64,000 bases of DNA, taken from the NCBI GenBank assembly GCA_050246755.1, contig JBFWVL010000001.1:1792001-1856000 (forward strand), given 5' to 3'. A program made the translations under genes and the position numbers. The DNA is from Bacteriovoracia bacterium. Lineage in GTDB: Bacteria > Bdellovibrionota > UBA1018 > CAIPTA01. Positions 9,426 through 19,141 of the stretch are shown in pieces. The notes under the pieces were generated by a model, which ran no database searches, was not told the DNA's origin, and saw nothing but the letters and a program-made list of their open reading frames with translations. Every line of letters starts with the position of its first letter. Within the stretch, counting starts at the first letter, position 1.

Positions 9426-11233
9426 CTTGGGTGTGTCACTGAGCTCTGTAGCTTCACGAATCTTGCGTAGGTAGAGTTCGCCGCGAGCAGCTCGCTGTGG
9501 GAACCTTGCTCGATAAGCTTCCCGTGATCCAAGACCAAAATCCTATTGGCTTCGCGCACGGTCTCGAGGCGATGGGCGATCACGAGGGAAGAGCGTTCCT
9601 TCATGAGCTCCTTCGTGGCCAGCTGCAGCTGACGCTCGGAATCCCGGTCCACGCTGGAAGTGGCTTCATCGAGAATAAGAATTTCCGGCTTCTGCAAGTA
9701 TACCCGCGTGAACGCTAAAATCTGGCGCTCGCCTAAAGACAAATTCGATCCGCGTTCGTCGAGGGCGGTGTCCAGCCCCTTCGGCAACCGCGCCACGATC
9801 TTGGCGAAACCCGTGTGCTCGCAGCCCTCGAGGATGGCTTTGTCGCTGAGGCCGGAGCGCAGGAGCATGAGGTTCTCGCGGAGCGTTCCCGAAAAAAGAA
9901 ATACGTCCTGCTGCACGAATCCAATGCGTTGGCGGAGCTCGAGTTTAGGGATTTCTTTCAGGTTTTTTCCGCCGAGAAGGATTTTTCCCGAATCGGGTTC
10001 GTAAAAACGGAAGAGCAAAGAGGCGATGGTGGTTTTGCCGGCGCCGGTATGGCCCACGATCGCCACGGTTTCGCCTTCGGCCAGGGAAAACGTCAGGCCA
10101 TCGAGGGCGGGTGTGCGCGCGGCGCTTTCGCCGGTGGGGTAGGTGAAGCGTACGTTTTCAAATTGTAGCGCGCCCACCTTGCCGGCTTCAGCGCGGTTTT
10201 CCATCGAGGTAGGCCCGCGAAGATCAGATTCCTCCGCCATGTCCATGAGCGTGAAGATGCGTTCCGCGCTCGACATCGCCGCCAGAAACACATTGTAGCG
10301 ATCGGTGATATTGCGCACGGGCTGGTAGAGGATCTGCACGTAGGCGAGGAAGGTAACGAAAGTTCCGAGAGCGAAATCTCCGCGCTGCATAAAGCCCGGG
10401 CCGAACCAGAGCACGAGGGCTACCGAGGCCGCGCTGAGGATGGTGATCGCGGGATGGAAGAGGGAATAGATATAAACGCCCTGGAACTGGCGGTTCCGAT
10501 ATTCTTTCGAGAGCTCGTGGAAAGATTGGCGCTCGAATTTTTCCCTCTCCATGAGTTGCACGATCGGCATCCCGGCCATTCTCTCGGCGAAGAATGCGTT
10601 CAGGCGGGCGAGCAATTCACGGGAGTGGCGGAAGGCGTGGCGGAGCCGGCCGGAAAAATAGTACATGAAGAAAAGCATCAGCGGGAAAACGGAGATGGCG
10701 ATCAGGCCGAGCTGCCAATGAATGGCGATCATGGCGGCGATCACGCCCACGATGATGAGGGTATCACTGAGGAGGAGCACGAAGCCGGCGCTGAAAAGTT
10801 CGGAGAGGTTCACGGTATCGTTGGTCACGCGAGTTACGAGCTTGCCGGTGGGATTTTTGTCGAAAAAGGGCACCGGCATGCGCAGCAGGCGGCCGAAGAG
10901 ATCGCGGCGGATCTGGTGCATCACGGACTGGCCGATGCTCTGGAGCTGGTAGCTTTGCAGAAAGCCCGAGGCGATGCGCAGGAGTTCGAGGCCGGCAAAG
11001 AGCAAAGCGAGTTTTTGCAGTAGGCTATAGTCTTTCGGGATGAGGGCTTGGTCCACGATGCGGCCCAGAAGCTTGGGCGCGTATAGCGCGATGCCCGCGG
11101 AGAAAAACACGAGGAGAACGGCGCCGGTGAAGCGTAGCAGGTGAGGGCGCAAATAGGGGAGGAGGCGGAAGACCACGCGATCGTCGAGTTTTTTTCCGCT
11201 GATATCGTCGAATAGGGCCTGGAATTTTTTCAT
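9422..11233 (-). CDS. Heterodimeric ABC exporter subunit (MdlB/YheH-like)
   Basis: TM domain plus GHTGAGKTT, degenerate signature LSLGERQ, ILDEATSSVD, IAHR. Confidence 0.9.
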   Translation of the reverse strand: MKKFQALFDDISGKKLDDRVVFRLLPYLRPHLLRFTGAVLLVFFSAGIALYAPKLLGRIVDQALIPKDYSLLQKLALLFAGLELLRIASGFLQSYQLQSIGQSVMHQIRRDLFGRLLRMPVPFFDKNPTGKLVTRVTNDTVNLSELFSAGFVLLLSDTLIIVGVIAAMIAIHWQLGLIAISVFPLMLFFMYYFSGRLRHAFRHSRELLARLNAFFAERMAGMPIVQLMEREKFERQSFHELSKEYRNRQFQGVYIYSLFHPAITILSAASVALVLWFGPGFMQRGDFALGTFVTFLAYVQILYQPVRNITDRYNVFLAAMSSAERIFTLMDMAEESDLRGPTSMENRAEAGKVGALQFENVRFTYPTGESAARTPALDGLTFSLAEGETVAIVGHTGAGKTTIASLLFRFYEPDSGKILLGGKNLKEIPKLELRQRIGFVQQDVFLFSGTLRENLMLLRSGLSDKAILEGCEHTGFAKIVARLPKGLDTALDERGSNLSLGERQILAFTRVYLQKPEILILDEATSSVDRDSERQLQLATKELMKERSSLVIAHRLETVREANRILVLDHGKLIEQGSHSELLAANSTYARFVKLQSSVTHPS

Positions 11234-13035
11234 CGCAGCAGATCCATCCCTTCCAGCTCTTGGCGCCGCGCGAGCTCGGCGAGGGTTTCGTTGGAGCGCT
11301 TGAGCTCGGCGAGAGGGCCGAAGCCCGCCACTTGACCTTGGTCGAGCACGAGCACTGAATCGAGGTAGTCGAAGGAGGAAACCCGGTGCGAGGCCACGAT
11401 GAGGCTGATCCCGCTCGCGGCTTCGAGGATTCCGTCCAGGAGGCGTTTTTCGGTTTCGGCGTCGATGGCGCTCATGCAATCGTCGAGCAAAAGCAATTCG
11501 GGATCGCGCGCGATCGCGCGGGCGATGGTGAAGCGCTGGCGTTGTCCCCCGGAAAGATTGGTGCCGCGTTCGCCGAGCAGGGTTTTGTAGGCTTGCGGGA
11601 GGCGGAGGGCATCGCCATCCACGGCGGCGAGCTTTGCGGCCTTGCGCGCTTCATTTAGGCGTGCTGGCTCGTCTATGGATTCAAAAGATTCGCTGCCGTA
11701 GAGAATATTGTCTTCGACGCTGCGGGAAAAAAGAAAAGCTTCTTGGGGTACGAAGGCGATATCGCGCCGGAACTCGCTCATGGGGAGCTCGGTCACGTCG
11801 ATATCGTCGAAAAAAATCGTGCCGGAGGGCACGCTCACGGTGCGCGCAAGGCAGGCCAGCAGCGTGGATTTTCCCGAGCCGATTCCGCCCGCGATGCCGA
11901 GTTTTTCCCCCGCAGGAAGCTCGAAGGAAATATTTTTCAGGCTGGGCTGGGCGGCGCCCGGGTGGGTATAACTGAGATTCTCCACGCGGATGGCGGGTGG
12001 GCCGCGGTGTTTACGGTGTTGAGGCGCAGCGGCTTCGGGCTGGGGTTTTTCGGCGAGCACTTCGTCTACGCGTTGCTGGGAAGCCATGGAGCGCTGGAAA
12101 ATATTGGCGGCGAGACCGATGCTTTCCATCGGCCAGCTGAGTTTTTGAATATAGCGCTGGAAGGCCACGAACACGCCGAGCGAAACCTTTTCCTGGATCA
12201 CGTAGGCGCCAGCCGCTAAAAATAAAATTGTGGTCGAGGCCGAGAGCGTAAAATCGAGCCCGGCCGAAAGGGTGGACTGGGTTACCGCCGCTTTCATATT
12301 CGCCTCTCGGTATTTTTCTCCCAACTGGTCGAACTCCCGTTCCTTGAAGCGTTCGAGGGCCGAGCCTTTCACGATGCGCACGCCGCCGAGCGCCTCTTGG
12401 CAATTAGAAGCCAGCTCGGAAAACTTATCCTGTACGGTGCGGTAACGCTTCTGGATCGCGCTTTCCATCTTTCGAACAAAGAAAGGCATAAGGCAAAGAG
12501 GCAAAAAGGCGACGAGGGTAAGCTTGGGAGAGATCCACAGCATGATGGGCGGGATGGTAATGAAATAGAAAATCGCGTCGAAAAGCGTGAGCGCACCAGG
12601 CCCGAGGGCGAAGCGCATGGCTTCGATGTCGTTGGTGGATAAACTTACGAGCTCACCCACGCGGCGCTTCTGAAAAAATCCCGGCGGCAAAGAGCTGAGG
12701 TGGGTGAAGAGTTCCCCGCGCATATCGTGGGAAGCGAGCATCGAGGTGCGGATGATATATTTGCGCCAGAAAAAACGCATGAGCCCCTGAATGGCCGCGA
12801 TCGCCATATAGGCCGCGAGGATTTTTAGGAGGAAGCGGCTCATCTCGGGGCCGAACTGGCTGGTAGTGAGCTCATCCACCGCGCTCTTAAGAAGGAGAGG
12901 AGGGAAGGCTTCGAGGCCGTCCACCACCACGAGCGCGAGAATGCCATATACGTAAAAGCGCCGGTATTTCCGGAAATAAAACCGGAATACGCGCGAGTTA
13001 TCGCGCCAGCGCTGAAAGTAAGTGGAGATTTTCAT
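11230..13035 (-). CDS. Heterodimeric ABC exporter subunit (MdlA/YheI-like)
   Basis: TM domain plus GGIGSGKST, LSGGQRQR, degenerate Walker B LLDDCMSAID. Confidence 0.9.
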   Translation of the reverse strand: MKISTYFQRWRDNSRVFRFYFRKYRRFYVYGILALVVVDGLEAFPPLLLKSAVDELTTSQFGPEMSRFLLKILAAYMAIAAIQGLMRFFWRKYIIRTSMLASHDMRGELFTHLSSLPPGFFQKRRVGELVSLSTNDIEAMRFALGPGALTLFDAIFYFITIPPIMLWISPKLTLVAFLPLCLMPFFVRKMESAIQKRYRTVQDKFSELASNCQEALGGVRIVKGSALERFKEREFDQLGEKYREANMKAAVTQSTLSAGLDFTLSASTTILFLAAGAYVIQEKVSLGVFVAFQRYIQKLSWPMESIGLAANIFQRSMASQQRVDEVLAEKPQPEAAAPQHRKHRGPPAIRVENLSYTHPGAAQPSLKNISFELPAGEKLGIAGGIGSGKSTLLACLARTVSVPSGTIFFDDIDVTELPMSEFRRDIAFVPQEAFLFSRSVEDNILYGSESFESIDEPARLNEARKAAKLAAVDGDALRLPQAYKTLLGERGTNLSGGQRQRFTIARAIARDPELLLLDDCMSAIDAETEKRLLDGILEAASGISLIVASHRVSSFDYLDSVLVLDQGQVAGFGPLAELKRSNETLAELARRQELEGMDLLR

Positions 13036-13049
13036 AGCGAGCCGAAAGG

Positions 13050-13955
13050 TTATTTCGCGGGCTCGGCAAAATCAAGGTTGCGGAAGTCTTGCGGCATCGG
13101 GGCGTAGAAGGATTTCCCGAGGATATCCAGGCGCCAGGCGTGGAGCATTAAACGCGGTACGCCGGGAAACTGCACTCCGTAGGTATGATCACCCAAAATA
13201 GGCAGGTTATTTTCGCTCAGGTGCACCCGGATCTGATGAGTGCGGCCCGTTTTGGGCGCGGCCTCTAGGAGGGAAATAACGCGGCCCCGGGAGTTACTCG
13301 TGGCCATGGAGCGCACGAGGGTTTCGGCGAATTTTCCTCCCCGGGCCACGGTGGCTTGCTGGCGCTTATTTTTGGGGCTGGGGCCGAGAAAGCTTTTGAT
13401 CGCGATGGGTTTAGGCAGCCCGCCCAGCGAGATGGCCAAATAGGTTTTGCGCACTTCCTGCGCCTGAAAGGCCTGGGCCACGGCGGCGTTGGCCTCGGTT
13501 CTTTTGGTAAAGAGGATCACGCCCGAAGTATCGCGATCCAGGCGGTGGTGGATGCCCAAATAGACGTTCTGCGGCTTTCCTCCGTCGCGCTCGGCGAGGA
13601 ACTCTTTCAGGGCGAGCACGAGGTGGTGGCGCGAAGTATCGCGGGTCTCATGGGTGGGCAGGAGAGGGGGCTTATTCACCACGATGATATCTTTGTTTTC
13701 GAAAAGGATCTGATCGGCGGTGAGCTTCACGTCTTCCTGGTCTTTCTCCAGGGCGGCGAGCATAACGCGCACCTTATCGCCCACGTGGATTTCCTTAGCG
13801 TTCATCTTGCAGCGCTTGCGGTTCACGTAAACGGAGCCGTTTTCGATGAGCTTGCGGGCCGCGGAACGCGAGATATTCTCCACGTAGAAAGGGATCACTT
13901 TGTCTAAGCGCGGCTCGTCGGGGAGCTTATCGATCGAGAAGTCTAATTGGGACAT
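13050..13955 (-). CDS. RluA/RluD-family pseudouridine synthase with S4 domain
   Basis: RLDK..SRS S4 motif, VVNKP, HRLDRDTSG, TGRTHQIRVH. Confidence 0.9.
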   Translation of the reverse strand: MSQLDFSIDKLPDEPRLDKVIPFYVENISRSAARKLIENGSVYVNRKRCKMNAKEIHVGDKVRVMLAALEKDQEDVKLTADQILFENKDIIVVNKPPLLPTHETRDTSRHHLVLALKEFLAERDGGKPQNVYLGIHHRLDRDTSGVILFTKRTEANAAVAQAFQAQEVRKTYLAISLGGLPKPIAIKSFLGPSPKNKRQQATVARGGKFAETLVRSMATSNSRGRVISLLEAAPKTGRTHQIRVHLSENNLPILGDHTYGVQFPGVPRLMLHAWRLDILGKSFYAPMPQDFRNLDFAEPAK

Positions 13956-14108
13956 CGGGGGGTCATACCGCTCCGCCCCAAAAAGGGCCAGTGATTTCCC
14001 CGTTTTACCGTCTATCTTGGGCTGCGACCGAATTGCGAAAATTGGGGGAGAGGATTAAGATCCCTGAACCTATTTGCTGGTCGTTTTATTGGGTTTTAGG
14101 GAGTGGCG

Positions 14109-15056
14109 ATGGCCGTATTCGAGTCTTTGGAGAACGTGACGATTTTGGGTTCCGGCCCTGCGGGGCTTTCGGCCGCTATTTACGTGGCCCGCGCCAACCT
14201 GAAGCCTTTGCTCATCCACGGTGGCCAGCCCGGCGGACAGCTCACCACCACCACCGAAGTCGAGAACTATCCTGGTTTCGAAAAGGGCATTCAAGGCCCC
14301 GAGCTGATGGAGATTTGCACCAAGCAGGCCGAGCGTTTCGGCACGCGTTTCATCCAGGCTCAAGTAACGAGCGTGGATCTTTCCAAGCGTCCCTTCAAGG
14401 TAACGATGGATAACGGCGAGAGCTTCCACACCAAGACGCTGATCGCCGCCACGGGCGCCACCGCTAAATACCTCGGCTTGCCGAACGAGATGAGCTTGGT
14501 GGGCCGCGGCGTTTCCGCCTGCGCTACCTGCGACGGATTCTTTTTTCGTGGCCAGGAAGTGGCCATCGTGGGCGGAGGCGATACCGCCGCCGAAGAAGCT
14601 ACCTTTCTCACCCGTTTCGCATCCATGGTTTACCTCATTCACCGCCGCGATACCTTGCGTGCCTCCAAAGCGATGCAGGCCCGCGTGTTCGCCAATCCCA
14701 AGATCAAGATGATCTGGGACACGGCCGTGGAAGAGATCGTGGGCGAAGGTGAAGTAAAGGGCGTCAAGCTCAAGAATCTGAAGACCGGCGCCGTTTCGCA
14801 TCTCGGGGTTACGGGCTTATTCGTGGCGATCGGTCACAAGCCTAATTCTGATTTGTTTAAGGGCTACGTGGACATGGACGAAGCGGGCTACGTGAAAACC
14901 GTACCCGGCACCACCAAGACGAAAGTTCCGGGATTCTTTGCCTGCGGAGACTTGCAGGATCACGTGTATCGCCAGGCCGTTACGGCGGCCGGTACGGGTT
15001 GTATGTCCGCGCTCGACGCGGAGAGATTTTTAGGCGCCGAAGAAGCGGCGAAATAA
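14109..15056 (+). CDS. trxB: Thioredoxin reductase
   Basis: GSGPAG, GGQL, CATCDG, GGGDTA, HRRD, YRQAVTAAG. Confidence 0.95.
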   Translation: MAVFESLENVTILGSGPAGLSAAIYVARANLKPLLIHGGQPGGQLTTTTEVENYPGFEKGIQGPELMEICTKQAERFGTRFIQAQVTSVDLSKRPFKVTMDNGESFHTKTLIAATGATAKYLGLPNEMSLVGRGVSACATCDGFFFRGQEVAIVGGGDTAAEEATFLTRFASMVYLIHRRDTLRASKAMQARVFANPKIKMIWDTAVEEIVGEGEVKGVKLKNLKTGAVSHLGVTGLFVAIGHKPNSDLFKGYVDMDEAGYVKTVPGTTKTKVPGFFACGDLQDHVYRQAVTAAGTGCMSALDAERFLGAEEAAK

Positions 15057-15081
15057 TTTTTTAGAATAAGAGGGGAATGAA

Positions 15082-16359
15082 ATGTCGGACATCATGAACG
15101 AAAGCGTATTTTTCTCGAACGAGCTTTTCAAAAACGTGAGCAAGCAGATCGAAGAGTGCTGTGTGCTCGCGGGAGTGGATCCCAACGTGGGTGATCGCCT
15201 GAAGCGCCCCAAGCGAGCCCTCGTGGTGAGCGTGCCGGTGCGGATGGACGACGGCTCCATCCACGTGTTCGAAGGCTACCGCGTGCAGCACAATATGACC
15301 CTTGGCCCCGGTAAGGGCGGTATCCGTTACCACCAAGACGTTTCTCTCTCGGAGGTGGCCGCGCTCGCGACCCTCATGACGATGAAGTGCTCCCTCGTGG
15401 GCCTGCCCCTTGGCGGCGCCAAGGGCGGTATCCGCGTGAACCCGAATTTGCTCTCGCGCGCCGAAAAGCAAGCCATGACTCGGCGATATACGGTGGAGAT
15501 CGCTAACGTGATCGGTCCCGACAAAGATATTCCCGCTTCCGACGTGGGCACGGGCGGCCAGGAAATGGCCTGGATCATGGACACTTTCTCGCAGATCAAA
15601 GGCTACGCGATCCCCGGTGTGGTTACCGGCAAGCCCGTGGAAATCGGCGGTTCCCTAGGCCGCGAAGAATCCACCGGCCGCGGCGTGGTTTATTGTGCCG
15701 AAGAAGCCGCGAAGATTTTGAAGATCCCCATGGGAAGCAGCACCTCGGTGGCCGTGCACGGCTTCGGTAAGGTGGGCTCGGTGGCCGCGCTCGAAATGCA
15801 GCTGCTGAACAATAAAGTGGTAGCCGTGAGCGATGTTTCCGGCGGTATCTACAATAAGGCCGGCCTCGACATCAAAGATTGCATGAAGTGGGTTTCCCAG
15901 CACGGCGTGCTCAAGGGCTACCCAAAGGCCGAGCCGATCTCGAACGAAGATCTGCTCGAACTCGACGTGGACATTCTCCTGCCTTGCGCAATGGAGAACG
16001 TGATTCATATCGGCAACGCCGACAAGATCAAGGCCAGGCTCATCTCCGAAGGCGCGAACGGCCCGATCACCCACGATGCCCATGAGCACCTCTCGAAAAA
16101 AGGCGTATACGTGGTGCCCGATATCCTCGCGAACGCTGGTGGCGTGATCGTGAGCTACTTCGAGTGGGTACAGGACATCGCCTCCTTCTTCTGGCAAGAG
16201 CGCGAAGTGAACGAGAAGTTAAAGACCGTGATCGTGCAAGCGTTCCACGAAGTGCATAAAACTTCCCAGGAGCTAAAGTGCGATATGCGCCAGGCCGCCA
16301 TGGCCCGTGCCATCCGCCGTCTTGAGCGCGCGATGCTGCTTCGCGGTCTTTTCCCGTAA
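15082..16359 (+). CDS. Glutamate dehydrogenase (Glu/Leu/Phe/Val dehydrogenase family)
   Basis: GPGKGGIRY, MTMK, GGAKGG, GFGKVG, EGANGP, NAGGVIVSYFEW. Confidence 0.9.
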   Translation: MSDIMNESVFFSNELFKNVSKQIEECCVLAGVDPNVGDRLKRPKRALVVSVPVRMDDGSIHVFEGYRVQHNMTLGPGKGGIRYHQDVSLSEVAALATLMTMKCSLVGLPLGGAKGGIRVNPNLLSRAEKQAMTRRYTVEIANVIGPDKDIPASDVGTGGQEMAWIMDTFSQIKGYAIPGVVTGKPVEIGGSLGREESTGRGVVYCAEEAAKILKIPMGSSTSVAVHGFGKVGSVAALEMQLLNNKVVAVSDVSGGIYNKAGLDIKDCMKWVSQHGVLKGYPKAEPISNEDLLELDVDILLPCAMENVIHIGNADKIKARLISEGANGPITHDAHEHLSKKGVYVVPDILANAGGVIVSYFEWVQDIASFFWQEREVNEKLKTVIVQAFHEVHKTSQELKCDMRQAAMARAIRRLERAMLLRGLFP

Positions 16360-16379
16360 GCCATCCTTTCGCCGCCGGC

Positions 16380-16407
16380 TAAATTTTCACGCGCATGCTT
16401 CCGATAC
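16380..16407 (+). promoter_or_regulatory. Sigma28/FliA-like promoter candidate
   Basis: TAAA-N16-TCCGATAC, 6 nt before ATG 16414. Confidence 0.45.
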
Positions 16408-16413
16408 GAAGGC

Positions 16414-17298
16414 ATGCGCGTTTTCTTTTTTCTATTTTTCTTTTTGGCCCAGGCCGTTTGGGGCGCCGATATTTCCCGCAATCCCGAAGTGGAAATAGTG
16501 CTGAAGGAAAACCGTGTAAACGCCAAGGCGGGGGGGAACTACCAAATTTCTCAGCCCAGCGAGACCAGCACGGTAGTCAGCGGCCCCGAAAATTATCTGC
16601 TCCAGGTGAAGTCCCAGGGCGACGTGGCCCTCGTGAGCGAGGCCTGGCTCCAGCCCGATAAGGGCGGATCTTTCCGTCTCGACCGTAATCGTTTTACCAA
16701 GCTGAGGATTTCCGACGGAAAAATCGAGCGCGTGATTTCTTGCGCCTCCGCCACCGTTTTTGCGAACACGAACAAATTGGGCTTCGCGGTATTCCAAAGC
16801 CGGGAGTTCGGAGCTCAGGGTTGCGCCACGATCGATGCTACCTTTTGCTCCGCCCTCAAACGCCGCGATTCCTGGGACTGGCCGGGCGGTAAGGGCGAAA
16901 TTAAAAAGCTGAAGAGCCTCGCCGAGGTGCGAGAAAAGGTGCTGGCCTGTCAGTCGCTTAGCGAGAGCTTGGCCGCGGGCGCCGGGGATAAGTGGCGCCG
17001 CGATAAAACGGTGAAGGAAACCGAGGAGGCGAAAAATCAACTCAATGATTTCATGACGGCCGCCACGAACCGACATTTCCCCATGAAGATACTGGCTCCG
17101 ATGGATCGCTCCGCCCCCGGAAAAGAGATTTTGGCCCGCGAGCAGTCGCCCCTTCGGGCTGCTGCTCGCTCACTACGGCAGCTGGAAGATGCTTTATTGA
17201 TCTGTGATCAGTTTGAGGCTCAGATGGTGCCTGAAGGCCAGCTGGGCGCCGGGCTTCCTACACGGAAAGAGGATTCATCTTCTTCGGCCGCCGATTAA
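16414..17298 (+). CDS. Secreted hypothetical protein
   Basis: Signal peptide MRVFFFLFFFLAQAVWG; several Cys; C-terminus RKEDSSSSAAD. Confidence 0.7.
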   Translation: MRVFFFLFFFLAQAVWGADISRNPEVEIVLKENRVNAKAGGNYQISQPSETSTVVSGPENYLLQVKSQGDVALVSEAWLQPDKGGSFRLDRNRFTKLRISDGKIERVISCASATVFANTNKLGFAVFQSREFGAQGCATIDATFCSALKRRDSWDWPGGKGEIKKLKSLAEVREKVLACQSLSESLAAGAGDKWRRDKTVKETEEAKNQLNDFMTAATNRHFPMKILAPMDRSAPGKEILAREQSPLRAAARSLRQLEDALLICDQFEAQMVPEGQLGAGLPTRKEDSSSSAAD

Positions 17299-17309
17299 CG
17301 ATAGCAACT

Positions 17310-17336
17310 TCAGTAATTCCGCCAACTTGCCGAAAA
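17310..17336 (+). promoter_or_regulatory. Sigma28/FliA-like promoter candidate
   Basis: TCAG-N15-GCCGAAAA upstream of the deacetylase. Confidence 0.55.
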
Positions 17337-17353
17337 GATAGGGAGTGATCCCT

Positions 17354-18808
17354 ATGAAAACAAAAATTATCTTATCTCTCTTGGTATTGGCTCTTTCCGC
17401 CTGTGCCTCTCTCGGTGGATCGGAGCCTAACCGTACGATCGCCCAGGTGGCCATCGATCACGAAGCCACTCTTCGCTGGCAGGAAAAAATATTTCAGGAT
17501 CTACTTTCTTCGCCTACTCCCAGTGCGGATTTTCTGCGCCAGATGGACCGCTTAACCTCCCTTTATTTCCGCGCCCAGAAATTTCTGATGGATTTCGACC
17601 AGGAGCAGGCGAGCGAGGATCTTAATGCCCTCAACCGCTCGGAACCCTATTCTAAGCTGCAGGTAATCCGGGTGCTGCAGGAGCAGCAATCGGAGCTGCT
17701 GGTTTTTCTCTATGGCCGCTTGGTAGACCTAAAAAAATCCGGAAGTGCCGAAGAATCCAAGAAAGCCGGCGCGGTGCTTTCCAATTTTGGCCGTTACATG
17801 CTCATGAATCGCAATAAGCTGAATCGCTTGGCGATGCAGGAATTCGTGCGCGATCTGCGCCTAGCGCGCGCCGGGCACGACAAGCAGAGCGCCGATCTCG
17901 AGCCCGTTACCTTCCGTACCCCCGAAGAGATCACGGATTTCCTGGGTGAGAAGGAAGGCGGGCTTAACCGCCGCGACGCCCTCGCTGCCGCCGCCCAGCG
18001 CGAAGCCACGCAAAAAGACCCCGAGTTCGAGGAGGCCTTCGCGCAGTTCACCGCCTCCGCCATCCGGGGCGCCGCCCGCGATCCTCAATCGCAAATCAAT
18101 TATTTTCCCAATACCGGCCCTAGCGGAAATCTTTTCGGCCACGAGCTTCCCATCGGCACCTTCGCCCTCACGTTCGACGATGGCCCTTCCTGGGAATGGA
18201 CTCCGCAAATTCTCCAGGAACTCCATAAAAATGGGCAGCGCACCACGTTCTTTTGGCTCGCCAAAAACCTACGGAGCCACGGAATGGACGAAATCGTGCA
18301 AATGGCGCGCAACGATGGCCATACCCTCGGCAACCACTCCTATACCCACGCCGATCTCTCCAAGGCCGGCGCCGATCTCGAAAAAGAAGTGCGGGAATCT
18401 ACGGAAGTGGACAAAGAAGTCTATGGCTTTCGTCCCTCCTATTTCCGCTGCCCTTACGGCTCCTGCATCTACAAGAACGTAGCGAGCGTGCGTAAGGCGC
18501 TCGCCGATCTTCGTATGCTGCACGTAACTTGGAGCATCGATTCTCTCGACTGGCAGGATAAAGATCCGGCTTCCGTGTATCGGCGCGTGATCCGCCAGGT
18601 GGAACGCAATGGGCGCGGGATCATTCTCTTCCACGATATCCATCCGCAGAGTTTTGCCGCTTCGCGATCGGTGATGCGCTATTTCCGCGAGCATAAAGAC
18701 GAGTTAAAATTACGTACGATCTCGCAAATCGTGCGCGAGCTGAACTCCCTGCCGCAGCAGGAAACGCCGTCGATTTTTAAATGGTTGCCCTGGGGTAAGA
18801 GCGAATAA
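17354..18808 (+). CDS. Polysaccharide/peptidoglycan deacetylase lipoprotein (CE4/NodB)
   Basis: Lipobox LSAC, helical N-domain, then TFDDGP, HSYTH, FRCPYG, DSLDW and LFHD. Confidence 0.9.
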   Translation: MKTKIILSLLVLALSACASLGGSEPNRTIAQVAIDHEATLRWQEKIFQDLLSSPTPSADFLRQMDRLTSLYFRAQKFLMDFDQEQASEDLNALNRSEPYSKLQVIRVLQEQQSELLVFLYGRLVDLKKSGSAEESKKAGAVLSNFGRYMLMNRNKLNRLAMQEFVRDLRLARAGHDKQSADLEPVTFRTPEEITDFLGEKEGGLNRRDALAAAAQREATQKDPEFEEAFAQFTASAIRGAARDPQSQINYFPNTGPSGNLFGHELPIGTFALTFDDGPSWEWTPQILQELHKNGQRTTFFWLAKNLRSHGMDEIVQMARNDGHTLGNHSYTHADLSKAGADLEKEVRESTEVDKEVYGFRPSYFRCPYGSCIYKNVASVRKALADLRMLHVTWSIDSLDWQDKDPASVYRRVIRQVERNGRGIILFHDIHPQSFAASRSVMRYFREHKDELKLRTISQIVRELNSLPQQETPSIFKWLPWGKSE

Positions 18809-18825
18809 TTCAACTGGAGGTACGT

Positions 18826-19116
18826 ATGAAAATTCTAGCCGTTCTGATGGTTCTTGGTTTATTTCAGGCCACGTTCGCGCGTGCCGACGAGGAGATTTCC
18901 TGCGCCACCGACGATCAATGCCAGCGTGACAAGGTAGAAGCCGGCTACAAAGAATTCCAGCGCAGCCAGGCGCGCGAGGCCCGCCACGCCAAGAAAAACA
19001 AATCGCATAAACCTAAAGACGAAGAACAATACGTGCCCTGCGCCGCGAGCGATGATTGCCAGCGCTCCAAGCTGGACGCGATCGACCACGCCAACGGCGA
19101 AGAAGTAGAAGATTAG
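18826..19116 (+). CDS. Small secreted protein with duplicated Cys motif
   Basis: GGAGG SD; signal peptide; CATDDQCQRDKVEA and CAASDDCQRSKLDA. Confidence 0.7.
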   Translation: MKILAVLMVLGLFQATFARADEEISCATDDQCQRDKVEAGYKEFQRSQAREARHAKKNKSHKPKDEEQYVPCAASDDCQRSKLDAIDHANGEEVED

Positions 19117-19141
19117 GCCCTTATCTTATAGGAGGAAATGT

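Noticed and set aside
9422-13035. Degenerate ABC motifs as pseudogenisation
   Set aside because: This is the normal asymmetric pattern of heterodimeric exporters.
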